From Octopus vulgaris (Eukaryota): a stretch of DNA of 64,000 bases. The stretch is from the NCBI GenBank assembly GCA_951406725.2, contig OX597838.1, positions 29,822,001 to 29,886,000 on the forward strand, in the 5' to 3' direction. How positions within the stretch are numbered: position 1 is the stretch's first letter; every line of letters begins with the position of its first letter. The notes beneath the pieces were generated by a model. That model saw only the letters and a program-made list of their open reading frames with translations. It did no database searches and was not told the DNA's origin. Below, one piece after another: positions 52,432 through 64,000 of the stretch. The position numbers were made by a program, and so were the translations under genes.

Positions 52432-52802
52432 TATATATATATGATATAATAATAATATTAGGGAGTATAACTCCAAACTTAAAGGGAAAAATTCAATTTA
52501 GTATTAAATCAAATTTCACAATATAAAATATAAATTAGAGATAAAACCACTATTATGCAACTCAAACAGTGACAGACGTAAACCAAAACATAAATAACAA
52601 AATAATATATATTTTTTTAAAACATAACTAGATCTCAAAAAGTATAAAAATGAATGATCAATATATAAGTAAAAAATCTACGTACATTTCATGGCTACAA
52701 TTAAATTCGAATTACAATTAAGTTTAAATTCAATTGAAATAAATTCGATTTAAAATTATAGTTAATCATCTCTAATTCATATTATATATATATATATATA
52801 TA

Positions 52803-52987
52803 TAGTTAATCCAAACAAGAAAACACAAAAAAAAACAACAACGCGAGGACGTGGAACAAATATAGTATTATTGGACGCTAAGGAAAGAAGGAGGGTTTAA
52901 CGTTTAGAGCGGAGCTCTTCGTCGGAAACGTAGTAGAAGGGAAGACAGAGGAAAAAAAAAATCGCCAACGGTACACACGAGGTCACA
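52803..52987 (-). mobile_element. Family P1 copy, inverted relative to 52229
   Basis: Reverse-complement match; core CCGACGA...TAAAC. Confidence 0.7.
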
Positions 52988-53336
52988 CTCGCACATAATG
53001 GAGTTTTCCACAGTTTCGGTCATTTGATTCCATTCACAAAACATTGGTCAGCACAAAGCTATAATAGACATTTGGCCAAGGTTCCCTGCATTAGAACTGA
53101 ACCCAAAACTTCTTAGCTGCAATTTTTTATTTTGATTATTTTAAAATAACGAACAAATTTAGAAAAATGCCACGCCCTGCAGGTATTCTTGTCACCAAAT
53201 GTTAAACCATCTACAAGGGTGGGCTTTAAATGGGTTTTTATTTATGAACCCTTTGGATCCCTATTATATTCACTTGATGTTAAAAAAGAAAAATACCCCA
53301 TTACAGTAATCCCTTGTCATATCACAGCTCACCATA

Positions 53337-53700
53337 GGAGGCGCAATGGCCCAGTGGTTAGGGCAGCAGACTCGCGGTTTCGATTCCCAGACCGGGCGTT
53401 GCGAGTGTTTATTGAGCGAAAACACCTAAAAGCTCCACGAGGCTCCAGCAGGGGATGGTGGTGATCCCTGCTGTACTCTTTCTCCACAACTTTCTCTCAC
53501 TCTTACTTCCTGTTTCTGTTGTACCTGTATTTCAAAGGGCCAGCCTTGTCACTCTCTGTGTCACGCTGAATATCCCCGAGAACTACGTTAAGAGTACACG
53601 TGTCTGTGGAGTGCTCAGCCACTTACACGTTAATTTCACGAGCAGGCTGTTCCGTTGATCGGATCAACCGGAACCCTCGTCGTCGTAATCGACGGAGTGT
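53337..53700 (+). mobile_element. tRNA-derived SINE (28674 family)
   Basis: Near-identical to 28674-29059 with a short deletion in the head. Confidence 0.9.
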
Positions 53701-53844
53701 TTCCCCCGTCCCCCACAGCTCACCCTTCTCACAGTTTATTATTTAAGATTATGTCGATTCTTCTGTGATGTTTTGCATTTATAATAAAATAAATATATAC
53801 AGATTATAAAAAAATTTGTAATACAGTAGGAGTGTATTTGTAAT

Positions 53845-54329
53845 AGGTGCAGGAGTGGCTGTGTGGTAAGTAACTTGTTTACCAACCACATGGTTCTGGG
53901 TTCAGTCCCACTAGGAGTGGCTGTGTGGTTGGTAGCTTGTTTACCAACCACATGGTTCCGGGTTCAGTCCCACTAGGAGTGGCTGTGTGGTTGGTAGCTT
54001 GTTTACCAACCACATGGTTCCGGGTTCAGTCCCACTGCGTGGCACCTTGGGCAAGTGTCTTCTACTATAGCCTCGGGCCGACCAAAGCCTTGTGAGTGGA
54101 TTTGGTAGATGGAAACTGAAAGAAGCCCCATTGTATATATGTATATATATATATGCGTGTGTGTGTTTGTGTATCTGTCCTCGTTACTTAGCGGTTCGGC
54201 AAAAGAGACCGATAGATTAAGTACTAGGCTTACAAAGAATAAGTCCCGGGGTCGATTTGCTCGACTAAAGGCGGTGCTCCAGCATGGCCGCAGTCAAATG
54301 ACTGAAACCAGTAAAAGAGAGTAAAGAGT
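53845..54329 (+). mobile_element. CORE-type SINE with triplicated 62-bp head
   Basis: AGGAGTGGCTGTGTGG units start at 53851, 53913 and 53975. Confidence 0.9.
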
Positions 54330-56544
54330 ACTATTTCTACTTTGCGGGTGCTCACCTATCACAGGGGGTTTTAGAATGTAACACCCGTGATAGTCAAGGG
54401 ATGACTGCATGCTTTTATAATTAAACATTAGGAATTATATAAAAAAAAATTCAAATATTTTATAGAAGCATAACCAGTTTAATACAAAATCTTATATGGA
54501 GCCCCCAAAGGGTTATGTGGACCCCCATTGAGGACCAGTGATCTACAAGGACATATTTAACCCTTTGGTATTCAGGTTATTCTACCAAATGTGATGCTTA
54601 TTTATTCACATGGTCTTGAATTAATCATGCGTTATCTCATAGCTGTGAGATTTCTGAGATGTGACCCTTTACCTTGGGGATGATATTATAGGGTAAGTTT
54701 AAGAGGCTGGATCTGAACATAAAGGAGGGCAAATATTTAGGCCGAATATGGCTGGTTTCAAGGCTAAAAGAGTTCTGTGATTGTCGATATGGTGACCAGA
54801 TTTAATTGGCTAACCTGTTTCTTCTGTTTTGATTGGTCAAAAGGCTTCGTTCATATTTTAGCCCCAGGTCAGTCTCTTGATGAGAACAGATCTATGGCTT
54901 GTAGGTAACAGCAACTTGATGTAATCTACAGATCTATTGTTTGAAGTATCCAAGGAGTCTCTGTCACAGCTGGGAGCCTTTTTTCATGTCCTGACATGTA
55001 AAGTAGTTTAGTTGTGGTGTGAATTGACAGGCTGGACAAATTGCTCTCCCGCTAATGTCCAGTTTATTTCTGTATGCCTGTTGTTGTTCTTGTTTAACTC
55101 AACCTCAATAAAACAGACCTAGAGTCTAAGACATTCCAGCCATGACTATCTTAGCTTTTTTTTTTTTGTGAAGTGCATTCCACACTGAATTATATAATGT
55201 CTCTTACCTTCCTCTTTGGACAAGATGCTATTTGAGGCATATTTGGCTGCTATTTCTTGCAGGTGGAGTGACCACATTGTTAATTTTCCTGTCGATTCTT
55301 TGGGGTTCCTCAGTGGAGGTGGGCAAGGTGGCTTCAGTCAGAGCCCAACACTTCCTATATGTGCTTGGTGGTATAAAAGGATGAAGCCCCTTTCCAATTC
55401 ATAAAGACTTATAGGACCGGTTTCTCAGATCCTCTGGCGTATACACTCCTCCCCTGGATGGGATGCTGGTCCATCGCAGGATTACTCATTTTTGGCAGCT
55501 GAGTGGACTGGAGCAATGTGAAATGAAATGTTTTGCTCAAGGACATCACACGTTGGCCAGTCCTGGTATTGAAACCACAATCTTATGATCATGAGTCCAA
55601 CACCCTCACCACTAAGCCATGTCATCATCATTTAACATTCATGTTCCACGCTAGCATGGGTGGGACGGCACCACAAGAACTGACCAGGCCGAAGCCTGCA
55701 CCAGACTTCTGTGACTGTTATGGCAGGATTTTTACAGCTGGATGCCCTTCCTAACACCAACCACTCAGCAGAGTGGACTTAGTGCTTTTTATGTGGCATA
55801 AGCACAGGCGAGGTCAGTTTTGGCATGTGCCTCAACAAAATGTAAAGTTACCTTCTCGAGCCATGCCGACTCATAAGGGTCGGTTTCCTGGTTTCCATGG
55901 CATATCAATCCCCACCTGGACTGGACACTGGTCAGTTGCAAGATTACTCTTTTTTTTTTTTTTTGCCAGCTGAGTGGACTGGAGAAATGTGAAATGAAGT
56001 GTTTTGCCTAAGAACACAATGTGTCACCTGGTCCAGGAATTGAAACCACAATCTCACAATCACGAGTCCAACACCTCTAACCACTAAGCTATAATGGCCG
56101 TCCACTTAGTGGTATGTCTTCTGCTATGATGTTTGAAGATTTATCGACGCTCTTGATGTTGTTGTTGCTATTGTTGTTACGATGCAGCTTTGTGTCTTGG
56201 TCTGAATTATTTAGAAATATATTGTTTTACCTTTAAATGCCGATCATTAAATTACAGATTTATTCCGTTTCCGAGTGGGAGGAAGCTCAGATAGCTTAGT
56301 TTTACCTTCTGTGACTTACTGCCTCTGAACCCCAGTTTCACCTTTTCTCTCTCTCACCTGCTCTCTTTCAAATGATAGAATTAACTATTTATTTCATATT
56401 CAGGTAAATTAGTTTCACATTTCAAATATCTTTTATTCTCCGTTTGATTAATTACTTTCATTTGCGATGGCAATAGTCATTGATTGGGTTACTTTAGGAA
56501 GTTGTGGATTAACTGTTGCGTTATTATGGCCTTCGCTAAGGTCA

Positions 56545-57511
56545 TTAACTCTTTTGTTACCATTCCAGCATGGAAAATGGACATTAAAGAATGATGACGA
56601 TGATGACGGTTTCTGCCTTTGTTTCAATGAGTTTGGGAAATTATGAAGAATTTATTAAAATGTCATTGAGCTTGTGTTTGTAACATAGATTAGCATGAAA
56701 TTTTGATGGATGATTTTAATTTAACTCACTTTAAAATGAGATGTTTGTATTGTAGAACTCTGGGTGGTCTCAGGAATGGTTGGCATCAAAAGGGTTAATC
56801 TTTTTGGTATCATCTTTCTATAGAAATTACATTCCCTTTGTTTCAATTAATTTTGAAAATGAAGAATTGAATAAAATTTAACTAACTTGGCCATTATTAA
56901 TCTGGTGTTTGGAACGTAAATTAGCATAAAATTTTGACTGAAGGTTTTAATTTACCTCACTTGAAAACAGGAAACTTGTGTACCATCAAAGCAGGAACGG
57001 TTTCAGGCAGGTTGGCATCAAATGGGTTCACACTTTTTGTTAACCATATTTCTGTTGAAATACATTGCCTCTCATCATCATCATCATCATCACTATTTAA
57101 CATGTTTTCCATGCTGGCATGGATTGGACAGTTTGACCAGAGCTATTAAGGCCAGAGGCTGCCCTAGGGTCCATTGTCTGTTCTAGCATGGTTCCTATGA
57201 TTAAATGCCCTTCCGAATGCCAACCACTCCAGAGAGTGCTTTCAACATGGCACCAGCACTGATATCAATTCTTGAGTACAGCAATGTGCTAGATATTTCA
57301 GTCCTTAATCATCTCCCTCGTAAATCTCATATCTTAATTAACTTTGACAACGAAGAAGAAGTTTATAAAATCATTATTAAGCTGGTGTTTGAAACGTAAT
57401 TAACCTGAAATTTTTACAAATGGTTTTGCTTTAGCTCATTTAAAAACAGGAGGCTTGTATATCATAAAACCAGGGGTGGTTGGTCCTAAGCAGGTTGGTA
57501 TCAAGAGTTAA
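56545..57511. mobile_element. Three head-to-tail degenerate piggyBac-like MITEs (9391 family)
   Basis: Boundaries TTAA 56545, TTAA 56795, TTCA 57027, TTAA 57508; each ends GGTTGG(C/T)ATCAA...GTT(A/C)A. Confidence 0.6.
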
Positions 57512-57848
57512 AGACTAAAAACTGGATTCAACTGCTGTGGTGGTTTTCCACAAACTTAATCTAACAAATATGAAATGAATTCTTGTTAATAAAATTATGA
57601 CCATTCTGATTGTTAATTAGCTTAATCTTTAAAAGTATGTATAATTATGCTGTTTCAATTAGATTTGTCTCCAATCATCATCAGATATCTTATTCTTGGA
57701 TATGTTTTAAAAAAGTGAATGAAAGTCCTTCATTATTTAAAAATCACTACAATTGTTTCAACACATTTTTACACCTTTATTGCATTGATGAGGTGTTATG
57801 TAATTATCATACACCCAAAGTGTACAATGCACTTCCTCAGATGATTGT

Positions 57849-58068
57849 TTAACCCTTTAGCATTTAAGCTGGCCATTTCTAGCCCAAATATTCTGCCTCT
57901 TTTATGTTGAAACTGACCAGATGCAGCCTCTTACACCTACCCTACAATGTCGTTCTAAAAATAAACAATCACATCTTCAAAATCTTGATGCTATAAAGTA
58001 GTACCCGATTAATTTTAAAAAGTGTGGATAAATAAGCATTACTTTGATATATTAATCTAAATGCTAAA
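57849..58068. mobile_element. Second TTAA-CCC MITE family (related copies ~51170-51362, 54558-54772, 63496-63890)
   Basis: TTAACCCTTTAGCATT terminus and shared CACCTACCCTACAATGTC internal motif. Confidence 0.55.
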
Positions 58069-58551
58069 ATAAAGACCCCTTCGGTCATAAATGATCATGG
58101 GATTGCACCTAGAAAGTTCCCCTTCAAGGCATAAGTCTGGGCAGAATTGTTTATAGAAGACTAGCGGTCACCCATGCATACCAGCCTACCCTCTCCCCAC
58201 CATTGATGTTATCCAAAGGGGCCAATACAGCTTTGCATCAGTGATGTCACAACTCATTTCTACAGCTGAGTGAACAGGAGCAATGTGGAATAAAGTGGCT
58301 TGCTCAAGATCAACACAAGGCCTGGTCTAGGAATCGAACTCTCTACCTCATGATTGTGAGCCTGGTGCTCTAGCCACTGAGCCATGTACCTTCATAGTTC
58401 TACACTCTAACCACTATATATTGAAGGGTTAAGCCCTTGGTTTGATCCTACCATCATTTCACCCAGTTTGAGAACAAATACCCAAAGTGATGTCATTGTC
58501 AGCAATCTACACAGATACAGTGACAGACAAAATACAGAAATAAAGAAATGG

Positions 58552-58582
<31 letters not shown>

Positions 58583-58583
<1 letters not shown>

Positions 58584-58807
58584 GACCGCGTGTGTACTGT
58601 TGGCGATTTTTTTTTTTTTTTTTTTTTTTTTTTTCCCTCTGTCTTCCCTTCTCTGGATCTTTCCTTTTCCTATGTTTCTGACAAAGAGCTCCGCTTGAAA
58701 CGTAAATCCCTCCTTCTTCCCTTCCTTCCTGAGTGTCCAATAATACTATATTTGTTCCACGTCCTCGTGTTGTTGTGTTTTCTCTTTGTGTTCTCATGTT
58801 TCGATTA

Positions 58808-58811
<4 letters not shown>
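58583..58811 (+). mobile_element. Family P1 copy with degenerate HHR core
   Basis: CTGACAAAGAGCTCCGCTTGAAACGTA; flanked by (TA)n. Confidence 0.7.
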
Positions 58812-58862
<51 letters not shown>

Positions 58863-59181
58863 TTGGTCGTGTATATCAGTATGGTGAATTTCCAGAAAAG
58901 AAAGAAACACTATAAAATGTTTATGTAATATTGTATTATTTGTTTACAAAATAAATATAAGATAAAGATTGTCAACTTTTATCATATTCATCATTGTTTC
59001 TGGTATAAATTAATATTACTAAGAAATATTACCGGTCTCTGGCACATTGGAGGATGGGGAACTGCCAGTACGCCACTTCAGATAGTTTGAGAAGCACTTT
59101 TGTGTATATGATGCCAGGTTGAAGTTGATACACTTCCTGTTGTTTAGGAATAAAGGTTCCGCAGTTCTGTAATCCAGCCAT

Positions 59182-59195
59182 GTTGCCATGACAAC
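59182..59195. promoter_or_regulatory. Candidate RFX X-box
   Basis: GTTGCCATGACAAC, one mismatch to GTTGCCATGGCAAC, in unique sequence. Confidence 0.35.
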
Positions 59196-60101
59196 CAGCA
59201 TGGCTAGAGCGGTCCTGACTAAAATCAGTAAAAGCAAAAATATTGATGTGTGACAGTTGTCAGGAAACCTGATGCTTTGTTCCCATAATTAGTCACAGCT
59301 CGTTATAGGACAAGTTGTGACAATCACCTGACACCTGTTGGAGTCATTGAGGTTAGGTTCAACTGTCTGGGGCAATTTCAATGAGGATACAATGGTTGTA
59401 TTTACCTGTCTACAATTTCAATGTGGTACATTGATTGGGTCGACCTACCTGAGACGGTTTCAGTAGGGTACACTGGTTATAGAGTTTTGGTGAGTGATGA
59501 CTCCTTGGGAACCTTAGAGTTTTTATAACAATATGATGGTGACGATGTTGCTGATGCTGTTGATGCCATCCCATATCCACTCTGATTAAGTTGATCTCTA
59601 ATCAAAGATAATCCAGTTCTGATAATCAAGTAAATTTCTTTGTAGTTGATGTCAGTACAACTGTGAACTGGAAGCAACGTGAAATAAAGTATCTTGCTCA
59701 AGAACACAACACACAGCCCAGTCTGAGAATCAAACTCACAACCTCATGATCATGAGCCTGAGACTTTAACTACCTTCACACATGCACAAATGGGAGTTTA
59801 AAATTGTGAATTTAAACCCCATTTGTGTTCTTTTTTTTGTATGTATGCCTCACCTAGAACTAGCCCTACTCTTTAAATTGGTACTCCCGTATTTACAGTG
59901 TCTTACCAACACCTGATACCTTCATAGTTGTTTTATCCTCACTGTGAACTCTGTTATTGTACCTAGCCATTTCTGGCATCCTACCTGTTGAAGTGCCTAG
60001 ATTCTATTGAACCCTGTAACTAATCTCTTTCTCTCTGATATATATCATCATCATCATCATCATCATCATTTAACGTTCACTTTCCATGCTAGCATGATAT
60101 A

Positions 60102-60288
60102 TCGATATCCACTACACACATTTTTTTCTCTCCTTGTTTCTCACCTTGTTTTTTCTGTGTCCCTTTCTGTAGAAGAGCGTAGGCTCGAAACGTAAAAGAC
60201 TTCTTCTATTCCTGAGCATTATACTAATACATCTGTTTGTTTTGTACACCACCTGTCTTCGTCTTTTGTTTTTTTCCTAAACTCTCCC
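60102..60288 (+). mobile_element. Family P2 copy with variant minimal HHR at 60163-60198
   Basis: Core identical to 43451-43486. Confidence 0.65.
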
Positions 60289-60296
60289 TATATATA

Positions 60297-60332
<36 letters not shown>

Positions 60333-61547
60333 GTTTATAGATTCTATTGGATTTTGGTTATCTTTTTATTCCATATTTTCCCTTTTCAAGGGAATTCCTC
60401 TGAGATTGCTAATAAAAAAAAAAATTAAAACATTCAAACTATTTTCAATTCCACCCTTTTTGCTCAGATACTTTCTGTGTGTATGTGTTCCCATATTTTA
60501 GGAACCCCTTTCTCATGCATAAATTTACTTCCTGGTAAACATTCCTTCAAGTAATTAAGTGAAACTGAGGCTAATAGATTGATTGTTAGATATAAATTCT
60601 AATGTTCTGGTTTCGTATTGAAAAGCTTACATTTTTATTGCCAGAGGGAGTAAGGGATAATAGAGACAACAGCCAGGGTAAATGGTTGGCTGGTTGGTTG
60701 GTCGGTAGGTGAGCAGTGTGTTCCTTTAAAAGCCACTGTCATGGTTATTTTATATCATTGTTAATATTTGATATTTCTGAGGTCTTGATGTGTTGCTTTA
60801 CATCTTGAAAATTGATACCCTCCCTGATGTGGAATGCCTTTGGTATTTTTGAGATAAGAAACAATGGGAGTTAGTGTGGCTGTGTGGTTAGGGAGCTTGC
60901 TTACCAACTATAGTGGTTACAAAGTGGGAATTTGGGGGTCTTCTATTATAGCACTACTACGTTAAGTGAGTGGCTTTGGTAGACTGAAACTCAAACAAGT
61001 TTGTCTTTATATATATATACATACATATATATATAAAGGTGCAGGAGTGGCTTTGTGGTAAGAAGCTTGCTTCCCAACTATATGGTACCGGGTTCAGTTC
61101 CACTGTGTGGAACCTTGGGCAGTATTGGTTCAGAATAGCATTCTGTGAATCTTACTTAATGTGGATACACTAAAGCCAGAAAACTGCAGTGTGTGTGTGT
61201 GTGTGTGTGGGGGGGATATCCTTTGATAGTTGCAGTCAAGTGGCAGTGATCATTTCCAATTTTCTGTGAAAATATATCTAACCATGGGGAAAATAATATC
61301 TTGCTTGGAAACGGGTGGCAGCAGAAAAGGTATGTTCCTGAATGAATTCTATCTAACCTGTCATCATCATCATTTTAATGTCCACTTCCATGCTCTTGTA
61401 AGTCAGATGGAATTTGTTGAGACAGAAACAGCATGGCTGGATGCACTTCCTATGACCAAACTGCCTGTTTCCAAGTGAATATTTCCCACTGGCCAATCAC
61501 TTTTTTCTAACATGCTAACAGTTTTGCCAGTAATAATAATAATAATA

Positions 61548-62155
61548 ATTCTTTTATTGGCCACAAGGGCTTACATAAAAACATGAAATGACGTAACGGA
61601 ATGACATATGGGTTTTAAAACGTGTAAACAAAAATACCAATAAAAATTAAACAAATGTAACTCCCAGTAGGGGGAGGCTCTTTAAAGCCATGATTGCCTG
61701 ACCAACAGGGTAAGAGTCCTTTTATTTTTACAGGTGCATGCTCAAAATGGCCCCTTTCACACTGACCATTTTCCCAACAAATTTGCTAGAAGGTAGTACT
61801 TCCCTCTCCATCTTCGCTTTCCTTTTCAAGTGAAACTTAGAAAAGTTTACGAGGGCTTGGCCAAAGAGGAAAGTGTCTGTCTTTAGCCCTTTCAAATGTG
61901 TCCACCACACAACCTCTTTTGCTATTACTACCAGACATATAAAAATTGCCTGTCCCTTCCAGCCAAAGGAGGGCAGCAAGGCAATCTTCACTATGGATTC
62001 AGCTCATAGCTGGATCCATCCTACAATTGACAGCATGTGTCCAACATAAACCCACAGGTCAGTAATGCTCGGGCACTGGACGAGGGTGTGCAGAATGGTC
62101 TTGTCGCTCTGAGTGCACCTTAGGCAGGCTTGGCTAACAGCACTTCTGTGCCTGG
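61548..62155 (-). mobile_element. 5'-truncated Tx1/L1-clade LINE 3' end
   Basis: Minus translation ACLRCTQSDKTILHTLVQCP (C-terminal zinc-binding motif)...AKEVVWW...; AATAAA and (ATT)n tail near 61530-61558. Confidence 0.75.
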
Positions 62156-62289
62156 GAAGAAGTTATTTTGTTGTTTAAACCCAGGAGACTACCGGATGAT
62201 CAAACAACATTCCATCCCTGACCACCTTCCCCTAATATTCAATTTATCTATAACCGACTTTATCTACTTTAGACTTTCATTTTCTTTTT

Positions 62290-62600
62290 CTTCTCATGGT
62301 TGTGAGTGATTCATAGATTTCACCATTAATTCTTGGAGGTCTGGTGATTGTGTAGAGACAGTGACTGACAGAAGAATGGAAGATGTTTGCAATGGGGCAG
62401 TGGGTGGGGTGGTATTTGGTAAGGGGGGCGGGGAAGACGTTTTTATTGTCTGTCGGCAAGTTCAGAAAGAACAAACTACTTTTAATAGGAAAGTGGTAGA
62501 CTGGAGGAAACTAGAGGCTGTTCTGCATTGTCGACCAAAAGTAATAGAAATGGTAAATTCAATGGTGTGGGGAAGAATTCTGAGAAGTGGCAAGGGTGGA
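62290..62600 (-). pseudogene. Possible Penelope-like reverse transcriptase relic
   Basis: Minus fragments LLRILPHTIEFTIS (cf. LNSLHP.I.FT.E), FLNL (cf. FLDI) and YHPTHCPIANIFHS (cf. S.HP.H...I..S). Confidence 0.4.
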
Positions 62601-63653
62601 GAGGGAAAGGGAGGGGACAGTTTTTATGGTGGAATATTGGTTGTAGAGAGTTGAGGAATGAAAACTTGTTTACAAGTGTTATTCCTTTGTTGTTTTTGTT
62701 TCTTTATTTGTATGTACATGATGGTGATTCTGTAGCCAGATGGTAGTTTATAGTATTAATGTGGTTTGTGTAATGCTGAACAAAAGAGAAAAGAAAATCA
62801 AAATATGTTAGACAATGTAGTCATAGATATTACAAAAAAAAAACAAAAAATGTTATGATGGTCATGGCTGGACTACTTTCGATTATAGATTTGCTAAAAT
62901 CAAGGCTGGCTTTGAGCTATATATCAGCATAATATACCTAACTGACTATATTTTCATACTCGTCTTGGTTTGCCGTTGTTAGTGCCACTTTCAAAGGTAT
63001 ATAATTGATTTTATCAAAACTTTGACAGACGAAGAGCAAAGCTGACTGCAGTGGGATTTAAACACAATATAAATGGACATGGCTAAATACTGCCAGGTAG
63101 TTTGTCTGACAGTTTACCAATTCTGCCAGCATCTTGTAAAATAAAATATGTAAATATATTCTGATGCAGTTTGCACTGGCTTTGCAGTGCGGTTGCACCA
63201 AGTGCACAAAATACAAACTGCTTAAATAAAATGAAGAGATTAAGTGTAGACGTCACTCGACTGTTGCACTATTTTTGCATAATTTATATTTCAGCTGTGG
63301 TGCACACATTATGTCTGGCTGTGTGTGTTGGTTAATCCAATGTTAAAATATGACATTTGGAATCTACATGCTCTAGGTTCAATCCTACCTAAAGTATACA
63401 ACTCTGTCTTGACTCCCATCTTGAGAATAAAATTGAGAATATGTACAACTGTGAAGTCTGTCATGTGGTCTGTACCTGTTCTTAGGTAGATGGTTTAACC
63501 ATTTAGCATTTAAATTGACCATATCAAGCTCAAATTTCCTGGTTAATGTTCAAACAGGCCAGATCAGGCTTCTCACACCTACCCTACAATGTCATTCTAA
63601 AAATATACAATTACATCATCAAAATTTTGAAGCTATTGGATAATGTATGATTA

Positions 63654-63858
63654 CAGTAATCCCCTCATTATCAGGGGTGTTACATTCCACCCTCCACCGA
63701 AATAATTGAAATCTAAAAAAAAATACAAATACCTATGGGCTGTAGAAATCCAAGATGTACTGAGGAGTCTACGATATAAATTTACATACATTAACCAGAA
63801 AAATCTGTGATGCACTAAGTGTGCGATAGGTGAACCGCGATATGGTTAGAGATTACTG
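63654..63858. mobile_element. pogo/Tigger-like MITE
   Basis: TA-CAGTAATCCC...GAGATTACTG termini. Confidence 0.6.
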
Positions 63859-63925
63859 GAATTCAAAATGAATAAATAAGTGCCTTATTTACATTTGAAG
63901 GATATTTGTCTTCATCTTGTTTGTT

Positions 63926-63971
63926 AACACAACGTTTCGGCTGATACACCTTCCAGCCTTCATCAGGTGTC
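63926..63971 (-). ncRNA. Intact minimal hammerhead ribozyme (family P3); element runs off the window end
   Basis: Minus strand GACAC-CTGATGA-A-GGCTG-gaaggtgtat-CAGCC-GAAAC-GTT-GTGTT. Confidence 0.7.
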
Positions 63972-64000
63972 TTGGAGAAATTTCGAACCTGGGTTCTCAT

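Noticed and set aside
52676-52780. Additional minus-strand hammerhead (..AGATGA-long stem-GAAATGTA)
   Set aside because: The CUGA core and stem I are missing; too degenerate to call.

Overview
Repeat-dense, AT-rich animal genomic DNA, most likely an octopus or other cephalopod. This assignment rests on the recurrent octopus-type tRNA-derived SINEs, RTE 3' ends and very long TA/TACA/GATA microsatellites. Almost all ORFs in the supplied track are artefacts of microsatellites or SINEs. The only credible host coding sequence is a first exon encoding a signal peptide (33507/33522-33606, + strand, phase-1 GT donor), followed by an apparent intron of >30 kb. The rest is layered transposon debris: Tc1, DUF4817-type mariner, hAT (Buster/Charlie-like), Merlin-like, piggyBac-like and pogo-like MITEs, RTE, Tx1/L1 and Penelope-like relics, plus a U2 snRNA retrocopy. 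The most interesting signal is a set of hammerhead-ribozyme (HHR) motifs in at least four short repeat families. One is a ~280-bp rod-like palindrome with a canonical type I HHR on + and a degenerate HHR on - (27588-27865). Another is a TSD-flanked ~400-bp element joining a tRNA-like Pol III head to a minimal HHR (45903-46298, with a better-preserved copy at the window end). Together they suggest a cephalopod retrozyme-like system. All alignments were done by eye and ribozyme activity is untested.
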